Shown here piece after piece: positions 1 to 10,859 of a stretch of 64,000 nucleotides of DNA (position 1 is the first letter of the stretch; the number at the start of each line of letters is the position of its first letter). A model generated the notes under the pieces. That model did no database searches. It had not been told where the DNA came from and saw only the letters and a list, made by a program, of their open reading frames with translations. Source of the DNA: a virus (lineage: Duplodnaviria; Heunggongvirae; Uroviricota; Caudoviricetes). The position numbers and the translations under genes were made by a program. Location of the stretch: the IMG/VR virus record IMGVR_UViG_2529292852_000001, positions 32,714-96,713 of that record. One strand, given 5' to 3'.

Positions 1-3000
1 TTGATATATGTCTTGTCATCAACTACTTGGCTACCTTCTACCCAATGCTTACTTGTATCTTGCTTGAAGGTAACGATTTGTGGAGTGTTTGTATCAACTG
101 TATGGTTGTTGATACGACCAGAACCACGGTTTGTGAAGGTTGTGCCAGACTTAACGTCATGGTTAACTTCAAAAGTAGCAATTAAGGAAACTTTACCACC
201 TGGAGTTGTAGCTGCATTCTTACGTATAGCTTGGAGTAAGCCACCGAAGTTTATAACCGTATATTGAGATGTTACATCAGTACCATTTTCAAGCACCTTG
301 TAAGATTGTAAAACAGCTTTATCTTTAAAGTCACGATAATCATCAGTAACTGAAACGTAAGATAAAGTCTTAGCTAATTGACTAGGATTAGGTAAGTCCA
401 TATCAACCTTAGTTGTGACAATATCATTGTTGATGTAAGTCTTGCCATCAACAACTTGACTACCTTCAATCCAATGCTTAGTTGGCTTTTGAGTAAATGT
501 TACAATTTGTGCATCAGGAGTTGGTACAGTTTGAGTATTGATTGTACCTGAACCTGAGTTCACAAGTTTAGTTCCTGAAGGTACATTAGGGTTAACCTTA
601 AAGTCAACTACCAATGATACAGTTCCACCGTTAACTGTAGCTGGGTTCTTACGTGTAGCTGTAACAGCGTTATTTGCGTTAGTGATTGCATAATCAGCTG
701 TCGCATTACGTTCGTTTTCATAAACGTTAGCTCCTGTTACAGTTACAAACTTAGCAAATCTACTATAGTTATCAGTTAATGAAACATGAGTTAATTTACC
801 GTTTACAGTTGATGGGCTTGGAACCGTCATATCAACTTTGGCATGAGCTATATCTTCATTAATTTCCATCTTACCATTTACAGTTTGACTACCTTCCTTC
901 CAATTCTTATCGGAAGTTGCTTGATAGACAATGTTGTAGTTGGTGTAGGAAGTGGATAAATATCTTTTTTTAGGTGGTGTCGGTGGAGTATCAGGCATTT
1001 TCATTTGGTACTCCGTATAGTTGGCTTTAAGCGGAGTTGGTGGTTGCAAAGCAACATTAGTACGATGATAGTGGATTGTTGGTGGAGTTGGTGGAGTTGG
1101 TGGAACTAATGTCTTAGCCATACCATATAAATCTGTCGACATTGCCCATTGGTAATAACTATTAACATCGTTTCCTGCACTTGTAAATTCAGTATTATCA
1201 TAGCCAGTTTTTGATGGTAGATAAATTTTTTTACTTTCATCCCAATGGAAATTGCCAGCATTATTGTAGCCATTTTTAGACCATCTAAAAGTTGCACCAT
1301 TTGAAATTTTTGCTACTGCAAAACCAGAGTAATCAGTACCATTAACTCCATAGAATCCGTTACCTAAATCATGTGCTGGAAGTTGATCTTCGTGAGTTTT
1401 GCCATCATCACCTAAAGTAATATTACCTCTAGGGGTATAAATTTTAGCTCCTGATAGAGCTTTAACAGTTTCAGTTACTTCTTTTTGCGTATACCAATCC
1501 CACATAGAAGAATTAAAATGATTTAGTGAGGCTATTCCAAACCAAGCTGTACCGTCCTTAAAGTTAATTAATTTACCAGTATCGTCATAGAAATAGAAAG
1601 TTTCGTCTACTGAATTAGCAAAGGCTGAGAAAGCGTGCATAATTGGATTATTGAAGAATCCAAGAATTACCCTATTACTATTATCTCCGCTGGCTACAAC
1701 ATTGCTAAGAACACCAACAACTTTAGCAATTCTAACCTTAGTGCCATCTAAATTTTTATAGTAAGCACCGTCAGGCATAAGCCATGTAGCTGTGGCAACC
1801 GTTCCACTGTGAGAACCTTGGAAGACTGCACTATATTCTAAAGATTTTGCAAAGTCTTGTTTATAATCATCATCACCACTTGTTTGATTTTGATGTGTCT
1901 CAATAGGTTTAGCATTCCATTGAACTGATAGCTTGGCTCCTTGGCCAAAATTTAAGAATAAATTCTGCCAAATAACTTTAGAATCAATGGAATCTTTTCC
2001 TTGAATACTAGCTAAGTAATCGTTATATTCTTTTTCATATTTAGCCAAGTTATTTTTGTATTCATCTAACTTGTGTTTGTATTGTTGTACTTGAGAATTA
2101 ATACTATCCGCCTGTTGCCTGTTATCACGCTCAATTTCAGCTTTTTTAGAGTTGTAATTATTTACATCAACAGTAACATTACGTGTACCATCATCTATAA
2201 ATTTTACACCATTAGTTGATTTGGCATTTCTTATAGCTGAATCAAGTGAATTACGAGTTGAGTTACTATCTGAGTTAAGATTTTGTGCATCAGTTCTTGC
2301 ACTATTATACCTGTTATTAAGGTCTTTTTGTGCATCTGTAATACTCTTCAAACTTGAAACTTGTTGGTTGTACTTATTATTAACGTCTTGTTTAACTCTA
2401 TTATAAGTAGAGTTGTCTGTAGCCATTACAGTTTGTGTTTGATTTTGAGTAACTTGAACTCCAGCAGCTTTTGCAGCTTGAACTGCAGCTTGCAACTTGT
2501 CTGAATTTTGCTTGTTGACTGTTGTTGAATCTTTACTATTAGCTTGCGAAGTATCGTAGTCAGCCTTAGCATTAGCATATTGATTGTTTAGTTGCTTTTG
2601 TTGTTGAGCTACAGCATTAATCTTATCAGCTTGTTGTTGGTTAGCTTGGCTAACTCGTTGTTGAGCTTGTTGTACTTCTGTTGTATTATGAGCAACAATT
2701 GTTTGACTGTTGTTTTGAGTAACTTGTACCCCTTGCTTTACAGCATTGTTAACAGCATTTTGTACGTCTTGGCTCTTTGGAGATTGAATTGGTACTGAAG
2801 CATTTTGCGTTGTTGAAGAAACACTATTTGTATTACTTTGAGTGCCTACAGTATCAGCACTTGCTTCTTCATGATTAGCCATCATCATCACTGTTCCAGC
2901 AACGGTAAAGCCTAACAATACACTAGCGGTACCAGAAGAAAACTTACGAATACCGTAACGCATATTCTTACGGTTCTGCTTGTTTTCCAACAGCATCATA

Positions 3001-3017
3001 TTGTTTTTTGAAACCAT
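1..3017 (-). CDS. AgI/II-family cell-surface adhesin, N-terminal ~1000 aa (partial, continues past window start): YSIRK-type signal peptide, Gln/Ala-rich coiled-coil A-region, lectin-like V-region, Pro-rich P-region, then repeated Ig-like C-terminal domains
   Basis: Continuous minus-strand frame from ATG at 3017-3015 (RBS AGGAGG at 3021-3030) to the window edge. N-terminus MVSKNNMMLLENKQNRKNMRYGIRKFSSGTASVLLG is a YSIRK-type signal. Coiled-coil QVQQYKHKLDEYKNNLAKYEKEY, and PPTPPTPPTIHYHRTNVALQPPTP. Tandem ~150-aa repeats (KHWIEGSQVVDGKTYINNDI...) visible at 60-130 and 440-540. Not in the ORF track because no stop falls inside the window. Confidence 0.75.
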   Translation of the reverse strand, partial: MVSKNNMMLLENKQNRKNMRYGIRKFSSGTASVLLGFTVAGTVMMMANHEEASADTVGTQSNTNSVSSTTQNASVPIQSPKSQDVQNAVNNAVKQGVQVTQNNSQTIVAHNTTEVQQAQQRVSQANQQQADKINAVAQQQKQLNNQYANAKADYDTSQANSKDSTTVNKQNSDKLQAAVQAAKAAGVQVTQNQTQTVMATDNSTYNRVKQDVNNKYNQQVSSLKSITDAQKDLNNRYNSARTDAQNLNSDSNSTRNSLDSAIRNAKSTNGVKFIDDGTRNVTVDVNNYNSKKAEIERDNRQQADSINSQVQQYKHKLDEYKNNLAKYEKEYNDYLASIQGKDSIDSKVIWQNLFLNFGQGAKLSVQWNAKPIETHQNQTSGDDDYKQDFAKSLEYSAVFQGSHSGTVATATWLMPDGAYYKNLDGTKVRIAKVVGVLSNVVASGDNSNRVILGFFNNPIMHAFSAFANSVDETFYFYDDTGKLINFKDGTAWFGIASLNHFNSSMWDWYTQKEVTETVKALSGAKIYTPRGNITLGDDGKTHEDQLPAHDLGNGFYGVNGTDYSGFAVAKISNGATFRWSKNGYNNAGNFHWDESKKIYLPSKTGYDNTEFTSAGNDVNSYYQWAMSTDLYGMAKTLVPPTPPTPPTIHYHRTNVALQPPTPLKANYTEYQMKMPDTPPTPPKKRYLSTSYTNYNIVYQATSDKNWKEGSQTVNGKMEINEDIAHAKVDMTVPSPSTVNGKLTHVSLTDNYSRFAKFVTVTGANVYENERNATADYAITNANNAVTATRKNPATVNGGTVSLVVDFKVNPNVPSGTKLVNSGSGTINTQTVPTPDAQIVTFTQKPTKHWIEGSQVVDGKTYINNDIVTTKVDMDLPNPSQLAKTLSYVSVTDDYRDFKDKAVLQSYKVLENGTDVTSQYTVINFGGLLQAIRKNAATTPGGKVSLIATFEVNHDVKSGTTFTNRGSGRINNHTVDTNTPQIVTFKQDTSKHWVEGSQVVDDKTYI

Positions 3018-3181
3018 TTAAATTCCTCCTTATAGTAAGTTAATGGTTATATTTACATGATACATTAAAGGTTTATCGAAGTGTTACAAAATATAATTCT
3101 TTGTTTACGAAAATATTTTAAATTTTAGCATTAAATACAGTTATTTTAAGAAGTTAGATTGATAATTTTATGTAGTTTTAA

Positions 3182-4183
3182 AAAGCAATTTACGTTCAAG
3201 TACAACAATACAAGAAGGATTTAGACAACTATAATCAAAAACTCCATCAAGCTGGAAAGAATGTGGTTGATTCACGTTCGCTAATCCAAAAGTTGACTAT
3301 TGAAAGTGAGCCTAATGCTAAGTTGGCTATTAGTAATATTAATAACGTCAATGTAACTCCAGGAGAACATTTGAAATTTAATAATCTTGACGATATGGGG
3401 AATGGTTATTTTGTTGATATAAAAGATAGTAGTAAAGCTGCAAGCTTTGATGCAACCTATACTAATCTACAGAAATTAACTTATAAAGGTAAGAAAATTA
3501 CCAAAGTTATTATGCACTTTTCTACTGCATCTGGATATTGGCATGACCAATACTGGCACGCAGAACTTGCTAATAATATCTACTATGGTTTTCGTTCTTG
3601 GGGCGGAGCTAAAAATATTAGATTTGAATGGTTTTATGAAGACGGATCTAAAGTTAATTTTGAAAATGGAACAGCTTATTTAACTGTTGCTTCGTTAAAT
3701 ACCTATCTTCAAAAAAATCAATGGGGACATGAAAGAACAACTGTTATTTCAGGTGGGAAAGGATTAGCCTTATATGGATCATCTGTATCACTTCATAATG
3801 GCAATGAATTGTATTCGTCTAAAGCTAATAGTATTGATATAAGCGGGAGAGCTAGAGCAACAGATGGGCCAGATTCTAAACCAGATCAAAAATTGATTGA
3901 TAATTTTTTCCCTAATCAAAAAGATATTACTAATACTAACATGCCTTACAAATGGGATACTGCCAGTTCCCCAGATCGCTATTATGGAGCAGGCTTAATC
4001 GCCTTAAATGGTAGTGATTTAGCAGTTATAATTGACGTTAAAAATGATGATAGACCTAATGGTACAGAACCTTGGAACGCTCAATGGGCTAACTTTGGAA
4101 CAATCATTCCAGAGACTCCTAATATTAACAGACCAGAGCTAACAGTCCACTATCATCATACGAACGTTGCTTTGCAACATTAA
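3182..4183 (+). pseudogene. Promoterless adhesin V-region cassette (end of A-region coiled coil + lectin-like V domain + start of P-region). No signal peptide or N-terminus
   Basis: The frame opens right after an in-frame stop at 3179-3181 and the listed ORF starts with GTG. Upstream in-frame residues LQQYKKDLDNYNQKL match the adhesin A-region. Domain motifs are shared with the big adhesin and with 7947-8900 (YYGAGL..NG, HNGN.LYS.KAN, C-terminal TVHYHHTNVALQH). Confidence 0.55.
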
Positions 4184-4337
4184 TAACGCAAATAAACCTT
4201 GATATAACAACACTTTAAATTTTATTACGAGTCACTTTTGGTAAAATAATACTTGAAATTAGCTTTGATTTGCAGCTTTAATGATAAGTAAAATTTACAA
4301 TATAATATAATTTTTTGTTAATGGAAAGGATTTAAAA

Positions 4338-5273
4338 ATGACACAAAGAGTAAGTAAAAAATTAGTACATAAGTATTACAAGGAATGGATTGAATTGTAT
4401 AAGAAAGGAGCTGTTAGACATTCTACCTACCTCAAGTACGAGCTTGCATACCAGCACTTAAAACGACTATGCCCTAACTTGCATATGAACGAATTGAATA
4501 GAAAAAGATATCAACTGTTATTAAACGAGTATGCTGAAGACCATGTTAGAGAAACTACTATGGACTTTCATCATCATCTAAAAGCAGCTTTTGTCGATGC
4601 CTATGAAGATGGTTTAATCAAACAAGACCCTACTAGAAAAGCGATTATCAAAGGTAAACCTAAAGCTGATAAAAAGAAAAAATTCTTGGACTTGTTTGAA
4701 CTTAAGGCTTTAATGAAACAGTTGAATTTGCCTGAAAATGAAATTAACTGGGATTGGTTTATTTATTTGATTAGCAAAACTGGACTAAGATTTGCCGAAG
4801 CTTTGGCTTTAACTCCAAACGACTTTGATTTTAAAGGTAAGCAAATAATTATTAATAAATCTTGGAATTATAAGTTCGGCGGTGGTTTTCAACCTACTAA
4901 AAACGAAAGTTCTAATCGTAAAGTCATCGTTGATCCAAGCTTACTAAGAAACTTCAAAGGACTATTAAAAGGACTGGATCCAAACGCACCTATCTTTGTT
5001 AAAGAAAATCAAAAGATATTTAACTCAACGATTAACAGTCGTTTAAACACACTATGCAAACGAGCTAAAATCTCCCCTATTACTATCCATGGGCTAAGGC
5101 ATACTCATGCGTCCCTATTGCTATTTAGTGGAGTGTCGATTTTAAGCGTATCTAAGCGTTTAGGACATGCAAGTACCCTAACTACTCAAAAGACTTATTT
5201 ACATATTATTCAAGAGCTTGAAAATAAAGATAATAATAAAGTGCTAAAACACCTTAGAGAACTAGAAAATTAA
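4338..5273 (+). CDS. Tyrosine site-specific recombinase / integrase (phage integrase family)
   Basis: C-terminal catalytic region HGLRHTHAS...RLGH...TYLH (R-H-R-Y type motifs). N-terminal SAM-like core-binding region. Confidence 0.85.
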   Translation: MTQRVSKKLVHKYYKEWIELYKKGAVRHSTYLKYELAYQHLKRLCPNLHMNELNRKRYQLLLNEYAEDHVRETTMDFHHHLKAAFVDAYEDGLIKQDPTRKAIIKGKPKADKKKKFLDLFELKALMKQLNLPENEINWDWFIYLISKTGLRFAEALALTPNDFDFKGKQIIINKSWNYKFGGGFQPTKNESSNRKVIVDPSLLRNFKGLLKGLDPNAPIFVKENQKIFNSTINSRLNTLCKRAKISPITIHGLRHTHASLLLFSGVSILSVSKRLGHASTLTTQKTYLHIIQELENKDNNKVLKHLRELEN

Positions 5274-5280
5274 TCTAAGA

Positions 5281-5320
5281 AAAGAGGCTAGGAAAACTAA
5301 TTCCTAACCTCTTTTTTTGT
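5281..5320. terminator. Bidirectional rho-independent terminator between the integrase and the wzx-like gene
   Basis: Hairpin GAGGCTAGGAAAACTAATTCCTAACCTC followed by TTTTTTT, with an A-run on the 5' side. A similar sequence recurs at 8950-8980. Confidence 0.5.
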
Positions 5321-6746
5321 TTCTAATCAGCTTTATCTTATCTAAAATTGTAGGTTTTAAGACTAAAAGTACTAAAATGTAAATTGCTATTCCTATTATC
5401 ACTTCTAGCCCTGTATACATAATTCCTTGTAGGTTCATGTCTTTTGGCTTCCAAAGCAACTCTAGGTAGTAAACAGGAACAAACATTACGATGCCTGCTA
5501 TTAGATATTTAATAAAGTTTTCAAACATCTTCTTTAAATCAACGCTGTATCTAACTACCCATAATTGATAAGCTGTAACAGCTAGTTCTGATAACACTGT
5601 TGCCCAAACGGCTCCATATAAGCCCCATAAATAGATAAATGGGAAGTTAAGTACAATATTAACAACTGCCCCAAATACTACTGATATTGTAAAAGACCTA
5701 ACTTTATTTGTAGGTAAAAGATACTGAGTCCCAACAACGTTGCTCCAACCAATTAGAACAATTACTATTGATTCAATCATTAAAGCTAATCCCACTGGGT
5801 CAAAACCTGGGCCATAAAACATTGTACCTAGATATTTTGATACAGCAGCTAGTCCAAACATCATCGCAATAGCTAAACAGGACACGAAATCAAACGAATT
5901 ATATAACAGTTCATTTACTTTCTTAGTTTCTCCTTTAGCAAAAGCATTAGATACATGAGGTAACATAACTGTTCCAGTTGCTGTTACTAGACCTAAAACA
6001 ACCTTAACAAGAGCGTCAGATTGATTATAAAATCCAGCAGAAGTTGATCCAGCAAAAATACCTAACATGTTTTTGTTTAAGATTAAATAAATTTGTGTCG
6101 CAATTTGTGGAACAAACAATGATACAGTTGGAACAAAGTGCCTTAATGGTTGTAATTCTTTAATACTTATCTTGGTTAATAAAACCCTTAGATGGGGCCA
6201 TAGGGTTAAATTACCACCAATTAAAGACAAAGCTAGAATTACAATGTATACACCTACGTCACTAGCATCTCTAACAAACATAAAAATCATTACTAAAGAC
6301 GCTAGTTTAACCATTGTATTTCTAACAACTGTTCGTTTGAAGTCTTCAATTCCCATATATAGCCAAGAAATATCTATCGCAGCTGCGACAATGTTTAAAG
6401 ATTGTAATATCATGTACCAGTAATACTTACGGTAAACTTGGATAAATAGTGCAAATAAGAAAAAAGCTACAACCGTCATTATTACTTTAAGGATCTGAAT
6501 TTCCCAAAAAGTTTGAGTCATTTTCTTCTTATTTTCACGCACATACGCTATCTCACGATTACCATAATAAGAAATACCAATACCAGCAATTAAAACAAAC
6601 CATTGAATTAAAGAGTTCGTGTAAGAATTAATTCCAACTCCCTCAGGCTTTAAAACACGTCCAATATAAGGGCCTGTTATTAATGGTAAGATCAACGCTA
6701 AGATATTATACCCTGCATTGTAAAGATAATTTTTGATTACCCTCAT
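5304..6746 (-). CDS. Wzx-like oligosaccharide flippase / polysaccharide biosynthesis membrane protein
   Basis: 480-aa polytopic membrane protein. N-terminus MRVIKNYLYNAGYNILALILPLITGPYIGRVL is typical of the Wzx/RfbX (Polysacc_synt) family. Confidence 0.7.
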   Translation of the reverse strand: MRVIKNYLYNAGYNILALILPLITGPYIGRVLKPEGVGINSYTNSLIQWFVLIAGIGISYYGNREIAYVRENKKKMTQTFWEIQILKVIMTVVAFFLFALFIQVYRKYYWYMILQSLNIVAAAIDISWLYMGIEDFKRTVVRNTMVKLASLVMIFMFVRDASDVGVYIVILALSLIGGNLTLWPHLRVLLTKISIKELQPLRHFVPTVSLFVPQIATQIYLILNKNMLGIFAGSTSAGFYNQSDALVKVVLGLVTATGTVMLPHVSNAFAKGETKKVNELLYNSFDFVSCLAIAMMFGLAAVSKYLGTMFYGPGFDPVGLALMIESIVIVLIGWSNVVGTQYLLPTNKVRSFTISVVFGAVVNIVLNFPFIYLWGLYGAVWATVLSELAVTAYQLWVVRYSVDLKKMFENFIKYLIAGIVMFVPVYYLELLWKPKDMNLQGIMYTGLEVIIGIAIYILVLLVLKPTILDKIKLIRNKKRG

Positions 6747-6748
6747 AA

Positions 6749-7864
6749 CTATCCCTCAAATTCATTCTTGACAGTTATTAAAGCAGCTCCTATAACTTGA
6801 TCCATATTGTAGTAACGATATTGACCTAAACGTCCACCAAAGATTACATTTTCAGTTTCTTTACTGGCCAGTTCTTGATATCGCTTGTAAAGGCTGTTGT
6901 TTTTACTGTCATTCACTGGATAATAAGGTTCATCGCCACGTTTCCAATCAGCTGGATATTCACGAGTGATAACAGTTTTACCTTTTTCACCTTTACCAAA
7001 TTCAAAATGTTTATGTTCAATTACTCTAGTATAAGGTGTTTCAGCGTCTGTATAGTTCACCACAGCATTACCTTGATGATTATCTTCATCTAACACTTCT
7101 GTTTCAAAGCGTAAACTTCTATATTCTAATTCTCCAAGTTTGTAATCGAAGAATTGATCAATCATACCTGTGAAGATAACTTTATCGTATTCTTTTAGAT
7201 ATTCTTCTTTACGGTCGAAGAAATCTACCCCTGTTTCTACAGTGATATTATCATGATCTAACATTTTTTCGACAATTTGTGTATAACCGCCGATTGGAAT
7301 ACCTTGATATGTATCATTGAAATAGTTGTTATCATAAGTTAAACGTACTGGTAAACGACGAATAATAAAAGCTGGTAATTCTGTAGCTTTACGTCCCCAC
7401 TGTTTTTCTGTATAACCCTTGATTAATTTTTCATAAATGTCTGTTCCAATTAATGAAATAGCTTGTTCTTCAAGGTTTTCTGGTTTCTTACCATTAAGAA
7501 CTGCACGTTGTTCTTCAATTTTAGCCATAGCTTCTTTAGGAGTTGCAACTCCCCAAAGTTTATTAAATGTGTTCATGTTAAAAGGCAAGTTATAAATTTC
7601 ACCATTATAATTAGCTACTGGACTATTAGTATAACGATTAAATTCAGCAAATTGGTTTACATATTCCCAAATTTCTTTCTTAGAAGTATGAAAGATATGT
7701 GCGCCAAATTGATGAACTTGAATACCGTGTACTTCTTTTGTATAAATATTTCCAGCAACGTGTTCTCTTTTTTCAATAACTTTTACTTTATGTCCTCTTT
7801 GAGCAGCTTCGTGTGCAAATACTGCACCAAAAAGACCTGCACCTACTACTAAATAATTTGTCAC
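6749..7864 (-). CDS. glf: UDP-galactopyranose mutase
   Basis: FAD-binding N-terminus VVGAGLFGAVFAHEAAQRGHKVKVIEKR..AGN.YT, HIFHT, and a conserved C-terminus GRLGQYRYYNMDQVI. Length 371 aa. Confidence 0.9.
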   Translation of the reverse strand: MTNYLVVGAGLFGAVFAHEAAQRGHKVKVIEKREHVAGNIYTKEVHGIQVHQFGAHIFHTSKKEIWEYVNQFAEFNRYTNSPVANYNGEIYNLPFNMNTFNKLWGVATPKEAMAKIEEQRAVLNGKKPENLEEQAISLIGTDIYEKLIKGYTEKQWGRKATELPAFIIRRLPVRLTYDNNYFNDTYQGIPIGGYTQIVEKMLDHDNITVETGVDFFDRKEEYLKEYDKVIFTGMIDQFFDYKLGELEYRSLRFETEVLDEDNHQGNAVVNYTDAETPYTRVIEHKHFEFGKGEKGKTVITREYPADWKRGDEPYYPVNDSKNNSLYKRYQELASKETENVIFGGRLGQYRYYNMDQVIGAALITVKNEFEG

Positions 7865-7946
7865 TTTATAGTTCCTCCAAATTTTATATATTACTTTTAC
7901 TAACAGAACGTATTAATCTTATCATTAAAATCTCTTAATTGGTAGC

Positions 7947-8900
7947 TTATAACAGTTTTAGCAAAGCAACATTCGTACGATGATAGTGGATTGTTGGTGG
8001 AATAATGCCACTGCTTGACTTAGGAATAGTCGTTGATATTGTTGCCCACGTTCCAGGGTTTACAAATACAGCTCTCTTAGTTCCATAAGTAACGTTTAAG
8101 CCGTTTCCGTTAACTTTAAAAATTCCTGCTCCATAATAAGCATGTGGATCATCTAAACCTTTATCCCAACTATTTGTACCCCATGGATAATTTGATGTTA
8201 CATCAGATGAATATGTGGTTTGCCAATTATCACCAATCCTTGATCCTATATCATTAGCTTTATCTGAATAAAGAGTATTTCCATTATGAATGGTAACACT
8301 AGAATCTTTAAAGCCATAAACCCTACCTGAACTGTTTAATTTAACTGATTCATACCGACCTTTTCCTGAATTTAAAGAACCAATTGTAATCCATGAATTA
8401 TCTGTATTATCAAAGCTAATCAAATGATTATTTTCGTCATAGAATTTGTAATTTACTGTAATTTTGGAAGATTGCCAATACCAAAAGCCATAGTAAGGAT
8501 TTGAATATATTGCAAATGAAATACCGTAAGGAGAAAGATTCTCTTGAGTTACATTAGAAAAAGTGGCAATGATTTTTGAAATTTTTTTGCCTCTATAGCT
8601 ACTTCTGCTAAGGTTCGTATACGTAACTTCAATAATATCTCCTGTTAGGTTACCTCTGTTATGAGCATCTACTATAACAGTATGTTTATAATTATCGCGA
8701 CTTACACCTCCTTCAAACCATTTATCGTAAGAAGCATCAACATCTTTTGATAACAATTTATAACTAAGTTCAGCATCTTTTTCACTACCCAACATTAATT
8801 CTTGCTTGATTAAGTCAGGATTAATTTGATCTGAGTTAAGATTTTTTTGATATGCGTCTAGCTTTTGCTTGTATTGTTGTACTTGAGTGTTATTTAGCCT
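7947..8900 (-). pseudogene. Second promoterless adhesin V-region cassette (A-region end + V domain + P-region start), same orientation as the expressed adhesin
   Basis: In-frame upstream residues QVQQYKQKLDAYQKNLNSDQINPDL match the adhesin A-region, and stops occur immediately 5' (about 8903). The C-terminus PPTIHYHRTNVALLKLL matches the P-region start of the big adhesin. Confidence 0.55.
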
Positions 8901-9075
8901 TAACTTACACTAATTAGCATACCTTAACTCTAGCAAATAACTCAACTATTTTATTAACTTTCACGATAAAAAAAGAGCTAGGATTTCTCCTAACTCTTGT
9001 CATCATCACAGGTTTTTCCGTTGCCTGCCAACCGACCAGCCCATACGTCTGGCATTGTTATAAGTTTATCACACT

Positions 9076-9861
9076 CTAATTACCTTGTCTAAGTGTATAA
9101 GCGTAATAGAACATGTTGTACTTGTTTAGTATTGTTTTATCCATCGAAACGTTAAAGTAATCTTTACGGTGAAATACCTTAGAGGCATAGTATTTAAGTG
9201 TAGTTTCGTCAATGTCTTGAATAAACTCTTTTAGCTCATCTTCACTAAGTGGTTTGATATTGTTCACTCTACTAGCGTAAATAACACATTTATCAAAGCT
9301 GTGAGTAGTTCTACTATCGTGAATAAAATCTTTTTTACTTTTACGAAATTCTTGACTAGCTTTTTCGCTCATGCCAATTAGCCTTAAAAAGACCATATCG
9401 CTAATGCTTTCATCACGCTTTAAAAATTCGTTATAAATATACTTAGACTTAGCATAAACTAAAGCGTTGCCTATAATGCGATTACCTTTAATAATATCGT
9501 ACATATCATAATAATCTGCCTTTTCGTGTAACTGCATCGCAATCTCTAAAATATCATCAAGTCCACTAGCTTGCTTTAAGAGTTTTTGATAAAGTTCACC
9601 CTTGTCTTTAATAATATCGTCAATTAAAACGTAAAGTTCGCCTATTTTAGGATAGTTATCAAGCTTATTTTTATAGCCTGGATAAATTGTGCTATTCCAT
9701 GATTTCAAAAACTCAGGAGAAGGTTCTGACGTACCATGTAGATAACTGATAACTTTTTTCTTATTACGATCGACAATATTAAGACTCTTAATAAATATTC
9801 TATCGTCAATTCTAGGATCTAATTTACATAGTTCTTGATATTGTTCTTGCACCGTTGTCAT
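9076..9861 (-). CDS. Hypothetical protein
   Basis: 261-aa ORF co-oriented and abutting 9862-10593. No recognisable motif. Confidence 0.4.
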   Translation of the reverse strand: MTTVQEQYQELCKLDPRIDDRIFIKSLNIVDRNKKKVISYLHGTSEPSPEFLKSWNSTIYPGYKNKLDNYPKIGELYVLIDDIIKDKGELYQKLLKQASGLDDILEIAMQLHEKADYYDMYDIIKGNRIIGNALVYAKSKYIYNEFLKRDESISDMVFLRLIGMSEKASQEFRKSKKDFIHDSRTTHSFDKCVIYASRVNNIKPLSEDELKEFIQDIDETTLKYYASKVFHRKDYFNVSMDKTILNKYNMFYYAYTLRQGN

Positions 9862-10593
9862 TTAAATCAACCCCATGTAAGTTGTATCTTGATCTTTACG
9901 CTTAGAAAAATCAAATGAATAGTTAGGTAATAATCTGTAAAGTGTATTAGCGACTTCGTTATAAGTACGAGCATCTTTACAGATTTTTTCTGGGTGTTCA
10001 AACAAATCTACGTCAAAATTTAACTTTTTAGCAAGATCCGTATTAGATAAAACGTTAAATCCATCGCCTAATCTGGAGCGGAAAATAAGATCACGAATTT
10101 GGCGATAGTTTTGGATCGTATTAGTAAAGTTATAATCTAACTTATATGACGGAACTAAGTCTAAGCGTAGCAATTCGTATACATCAATGGCCGCAAGAGT
10201 TGGTTTACTTTCAAGATTACCATTGAATATTTTAGATATAGCACCATCACTTAAATCTGCTAATACTGCTAGTTGAGATCTGGAAATATTTTGTTTATAC
10301 AAGCTATATTCAGAATAGGCATCAACTATATCCTGAACGATTAAATCACTGTAATCAGGTAAAGACTCATCAAGAATTGTCAATGCGTCAAATATAACAT
10401 CGTATGTTCTAGGATCATCAGAATATTTATCAAATCTAATGAATGACCCCATTGCTGACGTTGAATAGTAATTGAAAAAGCCAAAGATTGTGTTGAAATA
10501 CTTTACGGTTATTCTAGGGTCTTTTTTAGATACTTTTTCAAATAGTTTAGGAACTTGTTTAATTCTTTCTGGACTTGCCATATTAATTACCAC
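9862..10593 (-). CDS. Hypothetical protein with a possible HTH segment
   Basis: 243-aa ORF. ISRSQLAVLADLSDGAISKI resembles an XRE-type helix-turn-helix. Confidence 0.4.
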   Translation of the reverse strand: MVINMASPERIKQVPKLFEKVSKKDPRITVKYFNTIFGFFNYYSTSAMGSFIRFDKYSDDPRTYDVIFDALTILDESLPDYSDLIVQDIVDAYSEYSLYKQNISRSQLAVLADLSDGAISKIFNGNLESKPTLAAIDVYELLRLDLVPSYKLDYNFTNTIQNYRQIRDLIFRSRLGDGFNVLSNTDLAKKLNFDVDLFEHPEKICKDARTYNEVANTLYRLLPNYSFDFSKRKDQDTTYMGLI

Positions 10594-10740
10594 CTTTATA
10601 TGTTGATTTTATACATTAAAAAGAAATTCAATATGAATTACTCATATTACACCATCAGTTTAAAGAAAAAATAAGTTCAAATCAAATCAAAATTAATCGT
10701 TATTTGCGATTTCAAGCGTTTTCTTTACTTTTTGTTACAT

Positions 10741-10775
10741 AAAAAAAGCCCCATAAACGTTGATTTACAGGGCTT
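10741..10775. terminator. Bidirectional terminator hairpin downstream of the FtsK-like gene
   Basis: AGCCCCATAAACGTTGATTTACAGGGCT flanked by an A7 run (5') and TTTAAAG (3'). Confidence 0.45.
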
Positions 10776-10859
10776 TTAAAGTAAAAGCAAATATTTTTAT
10801 TAACTTTTTGTTACAAGGGTCATTTTGACCCTCATTAAGAGTTGATATTTTGTTAATTT

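Noticed and set aside
6172-7852. Antisense ORFs 6172-6423, 6875-7093 and 7463-7852, and similar ones inside the ftsK-like, adhesin, Clp-like and membrane-protein genes (11287, 11509, 11922, 13776, 15062, 15210, 33494, 33849, 54255, 59325, 59332 and others)
   Set aside because: They are shadow ORFs on the strand opposite well-supported genes, with low-complexity composition and no RBS.
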